Positions 27,270 to 38,109 of a DNA stretch of 64,000 nucleotides are shown here, one piece after another. How positions within the stretch are numbered: position 1 is the stretch's first letter; every line of letters begins with the position of its first letter. The notes under the pieces are model-generated. The model worked only from the letters and a program-made list of their open reading frames with translations, did not search any database and was not told the origin of the DNA. The DNA is from Octopus vulgaris (lineage: Eukaryota): assembly GCA_951406725.2 (NCBI GenBank), contig OX597814.1, forward strand, positions 53,072,001 to 53,136,000, read 5' to 3'. The position numbers were made by a program, and so were the translations under genes.

Positions 27270-27425
27270 TGTAAACACAACACTGCTGTCTTCACTAAAC
27301 ACAACACTACTGTTTCCTTTCGAGATGACTCTACTGTATCCACTTAACTCAACACTATTATTATCATTAATCATGAAACACCATTAAACATGACCCTGCT
27401 GTCACTACTAAATACATTGCTATTA
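27270..27425. repeat. 24-bp degenerate tandem repeat
   Basis: aaacacaacactgctgtcttcact-like unit repeated about 6 times. Confidence 0.6.
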
Positions 27426-29688
27426 CAGGAATTTGTTTCTGTCATATAACCTAGAGGCAGTCATTTTATGTTGTGTGTGACTGGTTTATAGAAATATATT
27501 ATGCACTTTATGTATTTATCAATAGTTGCTAAAGATGATATATCTTATCGCCAAAACATCAGTGGCACTTAATTATATTAATTTAGATCCTTTACTGTCT
27601 GACTTTATTAGTACTTTAAACCCTTTTACTCTAGAAATCAGATATATCTTTAACTGTGGAAAGCAGTTTTATATATAAAATCTATCTATTTTGAAGGAAT
27701 ATCATATTTGAAACTATTCTTTGTTGAGATCTGTCATATTTATTGAGGCACTGTGACTTACAAAAAATACCAATTCTATGTTTTGGAAGATATGTATAAC
27801 ATCATTACTGGAATAACCATGAAATTTCATTTTGCAGCTTAAAGATTAAAATAGATATCCCACTTTAATTGACTTTTCTAATTAAAATTGTCCAAAAATA
27901 TTTTAGTTTTCTTCCTTTGATGGTGTCTAATGAAATTTTCTGAATTTTTTGCCATTTTCAGTGCTTCATTGTGGGTTTTGTGGATGGTCCATATTCTGAA
28001 AGATCATCTATGTACCAATATATCAAATTATTGCAATCCATAGTTTTGTTAGTGTCTATGTTTCAACTCCACACACTAGAGTCCTTCATACATAGTATTT
28101 AATAATCTGGTTTTGATATTGTTTCATGATGTAAGTTTGACACTTTTTTTCAAATGGCTTTTGACCTCTCAATCCATTTGTTTGCTACTTCACATTTCTT
28201 GTTTTTTCAAAATTGTACATGTATGTGCAAGAGACTTATAAACATAAAGATATTCTTACTGTTGTTCATATCTCAATGACTACTTTGGTGGCAAGTAATC
28301 ATAACAGTAGACAATATTTCTAGACACTATACTTATTGATGTCTTAAAGCATTACAATTATAAAATATTACCTCACTCTTACATTAACCAAGTAACAGAC
28401 TGGCTCCAGATGTACATTTAATGAATATATGGGTACAATATTTATTTTAAGCAGACATTTGTATCTCTTCAGTATTTAAACAATTCTATATAGGTTTTTA
28501 TATGTACATTGATATTCAATACATTTTTATGTCTTCCTAAAGGTGTTATCCAGATTATGTTTTCTCTGTGATGTAATTAATTCATCTGCCACTGTGGATT
28601 AAATTTTTGATATCTTTGAACAATTAATTTACCCACATACTGCCAAGCTTAGCTTCTATATTTTGTAATTTTGTATTTGGGATATAATGTAACTGATTGG
28701 TAGATGTAGTTATGTTTTCTGTGAGGATTTTTTTGTTATTTATTAGATATTTAAAAAATTTGTTAATTTCTTTTGTAACTCAAGTAATCATTTTATTGAA
28801 TTATGAGTTATTAGTTTATCTGATTAGTAGGTTGAATACTTCTAACTCTCCAAATGTAGTTATTGTATGTGTGTGTCTACATATATATGTTATATATATA
28901 TTATAAATATATGTATGTGTGTTTGTGCATGCACTTCTAAATATAAATATAAATATATATATATGTCGTGTGTGTGTGTGTGTATATATATATAAAGTGC
29001 TTCTAACTATATATATATGTGTGTGTATATGTATATATATATGTGTATGTATAGTTAGAAGCACATGATCATATGTGTGCATGACTGTGTATACATACAA
29101 AGGTATATGACCTTGTGTTTAGAATGTTGGGCTAATGATCAGAAGGTTGTGGGTTTGATTCCTAGGCTGGTTGGCTTGCTGAGTTTTTGATCAAGAGTAT
29201 TCATTTCATGCTGCTCCAGTCTACTCAACTGCTGGTGCAGCCCTTTCTCCCTCCAGCTGCCATTATCTTGATGTTCCATTCAACCAATAACTGGGGAACC
29301 TGAAAAGGCATTTATGTCTGCTCATAACTGCACTTAGAACAGTTAATGACTGCATACTATATGCTATCAAGTCATATTTGCTTGTGAGTGATGACTGTAG
29401 TCTTTTTTGCATATATATATATATATATATGCATGCATACACATTTATGTATGTATATTTATATATGTGTGTGTATATTTGTATGTGTGTACATATATAT
29501 ACACTAGTGCTGCTTCTAATTCATATTTGAATATATATATATATATATATATATTTGTCATTATAGCTAGTTTCTTACATCTCTATCAATGAAAAGAAAT
29601 CCATTTTAGGAGTCATGGTTTTAATAATCTGTATGTTTGTATAATACATTTACATGTGCTTGTGTGTGTGCATACATACATACATATG

Positions 29689-29728
<40 letters not shown>

Positions 29729-30726
29729 CACTTGCCATGCTCCTAGAATGAAAATAGCATGATTTGACACCTATTAGAATGTACAACATAAAATTAACTA
29801 ACAATATTAACTCTTAACACATACAAACAAAATGTTTCATCATATATATCGAAATATTTTATGAGATTTAAAATGCTTTTGAAAATTCTATTTTTTGTAG
29901 TTATGTTTTAGAATATATATTTCCATGAATTATTTTGAACTGTTGGAAAGTTTTTTGCATTTTATCTTGAACAATGATGTTGTTACTACTGCTGCTGCTG
30001 TTGTTGTTATTCCTATATAATATATATATATATATATATCTGTATCTGTATATATTGCTGGCTTCCCTAAAATATCTTAGAAATGTAAGCTAAGCAAAAC
30101 TGAGATTATACTCATGTTTTAGTGATCCTTTCATCTACAAATTCTCCACAAAGTTATCTTGAAAAAATATTTTACTTTGCAATTGATGTGTCTCTTAACC
30201 AAAATTATTTTGGAAGCAAATATATGAAATTCCAATTTTTTTTTTTGCTCAGAAAGAGGGAATCAAACAAAGTAAAAAAAAATAGCAAAAATAAAAGAAA
30301 TTTTCACCATTCTCTTGATTGAACTGATACCATTACTGAACTGTTTGGTGTAGTACGAATGTACTTTGGATTTTAAATCTATAACTAATGTAACTTGTAT
30401 ATTGTTGAGGAAATGATTGTTAAAAATTGATTGATCCAGGTTGAGCAGGTCTATTACTCAGGAATTGGTATTCTCCTTCATATTTACAGTTACATTGGTT
30501 TAGATCTGATGACTTTTAAGACATTTTAGTTTGTTGTTTGAAGTCAGTCCAGCAACAAATGTTGGGATGACAAAGAAATATGAGAGTGTGGATAAGTAAT
30601 AAAGAAAAAAACAAAGAAAATTAATAAGTTTATTAAAAATGATATTATGCTTTAACTATATTTAGGTATTACCTCCATTGTGTCTTTTATTGTTGCTCAT
30701 ATGTTTTACGAAATTTACAAAATGCC

Positions 30727-30766
<40 letters not shown>

Positions 30767-32179
30767 CTCTGCATATTTGATGTAAGCTCTTGGTGGGCCG
30801 ATTCATTGATCAAATTTTGATTTCCTATTTGTAAGTATTTCTCTTCATTTACACTGCACATTTTGTAGTGTGGAGAAGTCTTGTGCATCAGAGTGCTTTA
30901 CTCCACTCCCTGAAATCAGTAGAATGTAACTGCTGGTGATGAATATTTACAGTTTGTGTCATCTACTTATATATGACACAAATAAACTCAAATATATTGA
31001 AATTAGTTGATAGTTTTAGTACCATATAAATTTTCTCCTTATGCTATTTTTTTCTTATTTTGTTGCTTCATAAATTATCCTGTTTGCTTGAAAACCCCTA
31101 CTGATTAGTGAAAAGGCACATTTTGTATAGTGAGTGGTATAGTTAATGACTAATTACTTTCTTTTTTGACTTGACTTCTACCAATAGAAATCATTTAGAT
31201 TACTAATGACCTTGAGAAAGGTATAAATAAATATGACATCTTCCAATATTTGCCATTATGAATCACTGAAGTTTCATATATACATAATGTAGAGACTGCT
31301 TTTTCAGCTTCATGTATACAAGGGGTAGTTAGATTTGCTTAATATATAAACCACATATGATAAAAATTAGATGCTTAAGAAGATATATGGCACAAATGAA
31401 GTTTACACATGAACATTAAACTTGTGTTTTAATGATGTGAATCCCGATTTATATCCAGTAAATATTTATGAACCACTAATGAAATACCAAAAAATCCTTG
31501 TGAATTTTGAGTAACAATTTGACTTACTACTGCTGTAAAACCATGTCATGCATGAAATACTGCCTTAGACACTGTTGTCATTGGAGTTTTTAGTGTATGT
31601 TTTTACCATCATGTAATCATTTTTAAAAGTTTCATCATAAAATTTATATTGTATGAAAGGGCTAATGTTTAACTGAAGTTAAATCACTGAATTTGGTCTG
31701 CAAGATGGACTAAAGTGCCAATCATAACATATTTTTAAATTCAAATCTTCCAATTGTACACCCTTAGTGTTGACAAATTAATTACCAATGTACTGGTGTT
31801 GAGTCAATTGACTTCTCTCCTTAGAAAAGGAGGGGTACTTTTTCATTTCAAGTGTCCTCTGAAAGCCTCAAAATCCAACTGTATTTTCCTTCTAAATGGC
31901 CTACGCTGTCTAACAGATGTGCTCCCATAAATTTCATCAGTGACACCAAACACCAGCAATATAACTTGAATTTTGAATAAAATGTTCAGCATGTGGTAGA
32001 TCTTCTAGTTAACAGTTCCCTCTGATGCTAGTTTGTGCTTAAATATTATTACTTTAGTTCTGGCTATCCCGTATGACTAGTAATACATGAGATTGATGAC
32101 TTGCACATGAATGAGATAGTTTCCCATTTGTGGCACTTTGCTGTCCACGATTTACTTTATTGAATACTCCTACTTTTAG

Positions 32180-32265
32180 GGGACGTTGGAAATGAAAAAC
32201 AGCACCAAAAAGGGTTTTATGCTTCAGAAAGAAATTATTCTTCACTTGATAATGAACTTTTTTGA
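32180..32265 (+). CDS. Candidate distal alternative last coding exon: (G)DVGNEKQHQKGFYASERNYSSLDNELF*
   Basis: ctcctacttttag acceptor, frame compatible with the phase-1 donor at 9049, followed by AATAAA at 32577 and 32788 near the end of the CpG-depleted domain. No homology support. Confidence 0.25.
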
Positions 32266-32576
32266 CATTATCAGAACTGATATCTTCATTTAGTTTTGTG
32301 TAGATTCATAACATCATACATAACGGCTTAAATTATTAAAAAAATATATTCTCTACTGGTTATTTGTTATATTGGTGACACTTAATAGATATTATGTTAA
32401 ATATTGCTTAAGTTATATTCCATAATGTGAAACGAAAATTATATAATCTTGGCAATATCAATTTTTATTTTATGATTTTAGTTTAAATTTATCATTTTCC
32501 TATGTAACTGGCTGAATATGTTTTCCATGATTAAATATTTTTTTCCCTTTTTATTTTATACTTTTGTTGAAACTGT

Positions 32577-32826
32577 AATAAAATAAGGTTTCAGCCAGCT
32601 TAGCATTTTTGTTTATTAACTTTAGAATATCTTTTATGAAATGTCATTTCTGTGCATGACATATTAGTGAAATTGCATGTATAAATATTGAGTTGTACTT
32701 TACATTTGAAAAATGTTTCTTTTCCTTTATATTTCTTTTTCTTCCCCTCCTCTGAAATGTATTGCATATGTTAAGTATTAAATATCAAATAAATTACTGT
32801 TACATTTCTCGTTGTCTGTGTTGTTA
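32577..32826 (+). terminator. Candidate distal polyadenylation region
   Basis: TGTA overlapping AATAAA at 32577-32582; a second AATAAA at 32788-32793 followed by a GT-rich tract (cgttgtctgtgttgtt); coincides with the CpG transition. Confidence 0.4.
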
Positions 32827-33049
32827 GATGTTAAAACACTTGGATGATGGCATGGTTTCGTGAATGAAAAAGTTACTTTCTAACCATGGGGTTTTCAGTT
32901 TCAATTTCACTGTGTAGCATCTTGGGCAAGTTACTTTTTCTATAGTCTTAGTTTGATCTATATCTTGTGACTGAAAGTTGGTAGACAGAAGCCTATTGTG
33001 TGCACATGTTTGTTTGTGTGTGTGTGTGTGTAAAAAGGGCAAAGACTCC

Positions 33050-33347
33050 CTTTCGTCATGAATGACCATAGGATTGCACCTTCAAGGTTACCTTCGAGGT
33101 ACAAGTCCGGGCAAGGTTGTTTATGGAAAACCAGCAGTCGCCCACGTCACTGATGCTACCCAAGGCAAAGGCTGATACAGCTTGGCACCAGTGACGTTGC
33201 AATTCATTTCTACAGCTGAGTGAACTGGAGCAACGTGAAATAAAGTGTCTTGCTCAAGAACACAACACACAGCCCGGTCCGGGGATCGAACTCACTACCT
33301 CATGATTGTGAGCCCGACGCTCTAATCGCTGAGCCATGCGCCTTCAC
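33050..33347 (-). mobile_element. Young tRNA-derived SINE
   Basis: Minus strand tgaaggcgcatggctcagcgattagagcg...gagttcgatccccgg (A and B boxes); CpGs intact. Confidence 0.8.
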
Positions 33348-35534
33348 GTGTGTATGTATGTGTGTGTGTTGTGCGTGTTAGTGTGATTGTTTATGTCCTT
33401 AGTAAATTATACGTCCCATAGCTGAGTGATTTTGACATGCTTAGACTAGCTGAATAAAAAGTGCCTTTCTTAAAAAACAAATGCTGGCAACTAGAAGGGC
33501 ATCCAAACATAGAATACTGTTTCTAAGTTTTGTCCAGTTCATGTCAATATGCAAAAAGCATACGTAAAAACGACAATAATTATGTGTGTGTGTCCATGTT
33601 TCAAAGTGACACCGATCAGGATGCAGTCACATATATGCCCTGCATAAGCATAAAGTACGGTAGTTTGGTTGTTCAATGTATGATGATGGAATAAAGTACC
33701 TTACTTATAAACAATGATTGGATTTAGGAAGGGTACCTCGCTGTAGAATACTGCCTCAAGATGTGTTATCCAATCCATACAAGCATAGAAATAGTGAACA
33801 TAAAAACAAGAATATCTGATAAAATACATTACGTGTCTCAAGTTAAACTAATTGAAAAAATAGATACGCACTCCGCTTAGTTTGAATAAGACCAAGAAGA
33901 ATACTAGTCCATATTGAATAAGCTTGTGTGCTATGAAAAGTGAATGTTTCAAGCAAAACCTTTTGTCTTGTTGAAAGCGAAAGAGTATTTTACTGAAATA
34001 AACATGCATACACACACACACACGCGCGCACATGTGTATGAGAAGGAAAGAATCATTGTTACAACCCCCGTCTGACCAAAGCCTACATATTTGCTCCAAG
34101 TGCACCAGAGCCTGTCGTCCAAGAATCGGTTTACATAGCCATTTAATGGCTTCCTACCTACCTACCTACACACGCGCGCGCGCATATATAATAAAATCGA
34201 TAAAAATGTAAAGTGAATTCGCTGCGAGGAGTGAAAAATTAAACGTTTCGGGCTGAGTTCATCTTTAGGAGAGAAAATTGAAAGGTGAGAAATAAATGTG
34301 AGACGACAGGGTTTTACATCCTCTAAGTTAGAAGAAAAAAAAAAAAAAAACTGGCTGCAACTGATAAGAAACGCGGGACCACGTGAGCTTTGCACATGAA
34401 CAAGAGGTTGTAGGAGAAATACTGTGAGAAGAAAGTGAGATGAGGAGAAACAGGAAAAATCGAGAGTGTGGTGGAGGGAGAGGGGAGTTGAAGGATAACG
34501 AGTTTAATGAACTAATAGGTGTAATAGTAGAAGGAAAACGTTCATAACTTTTGACAGTAACTTGTCAAGTAAATCAATATAGCTTGGTATGATTTCCATA
34601 CTGAAGTTCTAAAACTTAACTTTAGCTACTACGACACCAAATAACAATTAAACTTCGAAATTATTTCACATAAAACAATAGCAAGACAGCAATTAACAAG
34701 GTTAGAATAATCAGATAGCAGTCTCTTTGTTTCTTTCTTGGTGATAAGTGCTATAGAGAATTTGTTATTTAACTGCATACATCTGGACAAGAACAAGAAT
34801 TGCTAAAAAGTACATAAAATTTTGAAATTTAATTCACAACTCTCTTTTTCTGCAATGCTTTCAAAATGTCACCGTTAATAACAGTATTTGGTTTATAGCA
34901 TTGAATGCTTGAAGAAACTCTCAACACTGACAACTTCCATATAAACAGTGAAACAAATTCTGGAGAAGCAGAAACTTACATCAAGGTGTGGGCATGCCAG
35001 TGCGGCTTAAGAAGTTCACATCATATCTAAGTGGTTTCGAGTTTAGACTGTGCTGTACATTGAGCAAGTGTCGACAAAAGCCTTGTGAGTAGATAGTGGG
35101 CGGAAAATGAAAGTTCATCTCATGCGTGCATGCATTCATGTGAGTGTGTGTGTGTATAAATCACGTGGTTATTATAAACAAATATCATTATCAAACATGC
35201 AGTGTTCGTTTGGCTATTTTGGTGTTAGTGTTTGGAGGACTGAAGGAAATATTACCTCGCTTGGATGCAGACAAAATTTAGCAACAAGAACATCTGTTTG
35301 TAGAAAACCTTGTTTCAACGAAATTCATATGCCATGCAAAACACGGGAACGTGGACGTTAAAACGATGACTTGCTTTTTCACTAGCGAATTGTACAAAAC
35401 AGGTATCAACTGAAAAGCAAAGGATACCTTCCCCACCTAAGCTGAATAAACCATGCATGTGTATACTCACATATGCATACATAACACATACATGTGTACA
35501 CATACAGACACTCGCATACACACACACAGATGCA

Positions 35535-35831
35535 TTGTTCCTTCTCGAGCCACGCCCGGCTCATAAGGGTCGGTTTCCCGGTTTCCTTGGTGTATAGGTT
35601 CCCTACCTGGACGGGACGCCGGTCCGTCGCAGGTGAGCTGCAAGATGCAGGAGGAAAGAGTGAGAGAAAGTTGCGTCGAGAGTCAGCAGAAGTTCGCCAT
35701 TACCTTCTGCCGGAGCCGCGTGGAGCTTAGGTGTTTCGCTCATAAACACACACATCGCCCGGTCTGAGATTCGAACCTGCGATCCCTCGACCGCGAGTCC
35801 GCTGCTCTAACCAATAGGCTATGTGCCTCCA
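35535..35831 (-). mobile_element. Young tRNA(Arg)-like SINE
   Basis: Minus strand tagcctattggttagagcagcggacTCGcggtcgagggatcgcaggttcgaatct (A box, TCG anticodon position, B box) plus a GC-rich body; abuts a Nin-like SINE remnant at 35832. Confidence 0.8.
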
Positions 35832-36294
35832 CATGCTGGCATGGATTGGACGGTTTGACAGGAGCCGACCAGCTGAAGAGCTGTTCAGGCTCCATGTCTG
35901 TTTTGGCATGTATGCCCTTCCTAACACCAGCTACTTTACAGAGCGTACTGGGTGCCTTTATGCAGCACCGGCATGGGTGCTTTTTATATGGCACCAGCAC
36001 TTATGAGATTAGGGATGCTCAGCTGGAGGGAATTGCAGAGGACAAGCCTGTATGCAAGGGCAACCACCACAGTAAACCGCCAGGAATCTCAGTCCCCTAT
36101 CATCCCCTCTGTGAGTCCCAACGTCTGTAGAACCTTTCTTACCACTTTATCCAATACATGTCCTTTTAGACTACAAGGTGTGATTTGATATGCATACATA
36201 CCATACATACGTGTGTGTAGAAAAAGAGGTAAAAAGAACATGGTGAAAGTGTAAGGGAAATCACTTGTTTTTTTTTTTCTTGCCTCAACTCTGC

Positions 36295-36600
36295 AACCAT
36301 TGTCATTTCGACGTGGTGTCGTTAGTCTTAATCTTGTCTATTGTCATTGCCACAGGAAGTGCTCTGATGAGTTTTCTCTTTTAGTTCCAGATCACTTTGT
36401 GTCATTTCGACTGACTCAAAACTCACAGCATCTTCATCCAAATGCTGTTGTGCTTCCACAAATAAAGAAGTCTTTCTACAGTCATAGCTTTTCCCCCTCG
36501 AACTTCTAGACTTTGGAACCCTCTTACCATCTCATTGGTTTCCTCCTACTTTCGACCTGAACTCTTTCACGTCTTAAGTAAATTAATTATTTTTGTCTTA
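36295..36600 (+). mobile_element. CR1/Jockey-group LINE ORF2 3' remnant
   Basis: KCSDEFSLLVP...HPNAVVLP...FYSHSF, then a frameshift into TSRLWN...FP..FDLNSF; typical CR1/L2-like C-terminus. Confidence 0.7.
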
Positions 36601-37599
36601 CTTTCTCCTGCTTCATGGTCCCTTACACTAAATGGCTTCTCGCCTTTCTTGGGACTTCAAAAATTGAAATAAAGAAGTAAAAAATATCGACAGACACAAT
36701 ACTACGTCACAAAGAAACAGAACACTAAGGAAAAGTGTACATTTAAATTCACATAGTGCGTTCTTACAGAAACACATACACGCATACAAGTGCACAAATA
36801 TATGACCTCAATATGTTTTATCTTTTTGAAAGAGATAGATTGAGAAAATCTTACTAAACCGACAACGAACCAAGATTGAGATACAGTTTCGGGTTCCAGT
36901 ACTAATTGTATAAATCCAGTTAATATTGAAAACCAACCCCGTCCGCAATAAAACCAACAAAAGAAAAGCAACCAGCGAGGTAACCTTTATGTAGCCGATT
37001 GGCCCACTAGAAACAGCAGTCAAATCACATCCGACTGTCTTTAGCTGAGATAATGTAATTCCAACTGACGCATATATTTTCTTCCCTCACCCGTTCATGT
37101 GGCTGCGTAATTGTGTACTTGTCACTGTTTTTCGTGATGGATAACTTATATGGGAACTTATGCAATAAGAATGCATGTATCAGAGTATAGTGAAGAAACA
37201 GAGTGTAAAGAAGGTAAAAGGAAATAGAGAGAATGAGAGCGAGAAAGAGAGAAAGAGAAAGAGGGACTGGCAAAATAGAGAGGAAGAGAAAAGCAGAAAG
37301 GGAGAGACAAGCAAATAATTATAAATAAATGGATATACAAAATAAGAGAGTGGTATAGTTAAGGATGAGATAAACAAAGTTAAAAGTGAGGGAAAGAAAG
37401 AGAAGATAGAGTTAGAGATACATGAATATGTACTTTTTAGCACCATGTAATCTCAAATTGTATTTACATACATCTCACTCGCATGTGTTTGCATAAGAGA
37501 AAAAGACAGTAAAGGAGAATAAAGAAATTAGAAAGAGACGCAGACGAAATCGTATATACAATAAATCATTGAAACTATCCTCCTCTTCTTTTACCATGG

Positions 37600-37910
37600 A
37601 ATTCCAACCACGTTTTGTGGTTCGCTACATCATCAGGAATAACCGCGTCCGGTTTCGGCCCCTACTCCTCTACCGTTTTCAACGTGGCGCCACTCCACCA
37701 CTTAAGTTCAGGTCTCTTCAGTTCTGGTGTTGAGTGCGTTTTATTTCTCTTTGGTTCTTTGGTTTCTTCGATACAGCGTCAACGAATATCAGTAGGCGAA
37801 TGACCATTCTGCCAAATTTCCCTTTAAATACTCATCGGTAGGTTGCAGCAGCTAGCACCAGCTAACTGTCACGTAACATTGTCTTAGCTTCAACTGACCA
37901 ATAGAGGGGA
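37600..37910 (-). promoter_or_regulatory. LTR/pLTR-like module: CCAAT, TATA, Inr, AATAAA and a hammerhead-like motif
   Basis: CCAAT 37898-37902; minus-strand TATTTAAA 37830-37823; TCATTC ~29 nt downstream; AATAAA 37745-37740; CTGAAGA...GAAACCG-gacg-CGGTT 37721-37641. Confidence 0.5.
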
Positions 37911-38109
37911 AGGGCGCGTAGTTTTGGCCCGCAGCTTCTCTAGACCTGCCTTCCAACAGTGTCGTGTTAGTTTCAGCTCCAGCAGCCAGAGCCGACCAGC
38001 TGTTTGGTGGTACAAGCCTTCGAACCAGGAGGAGGGCGCGCTATGAACGAGATCGCTATCTTGGCCAACTTGTCAACCAGCGATGCTGTTTAAGTGTCAG
38101 CCAGCCTCA

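Noticed and set aside
27106-27387. ORFs on both strands
   Set aside because: SINE remnant plus a 24-bp minisatellite; no splice or homology support.
35760-35831. tRNA-Arg(TCG) gene
   Set aside because: Runs directly into a SINE body and the acceptor stem is unpaired; it is a SINE head.
36364-36430. CTGATGA with apparent pairing to aaaactcacagca
   Set aside because: Lies within the coding remnant of a CR1-like LINE (CSDE codons); no GAAA or cleavage-site geometry.
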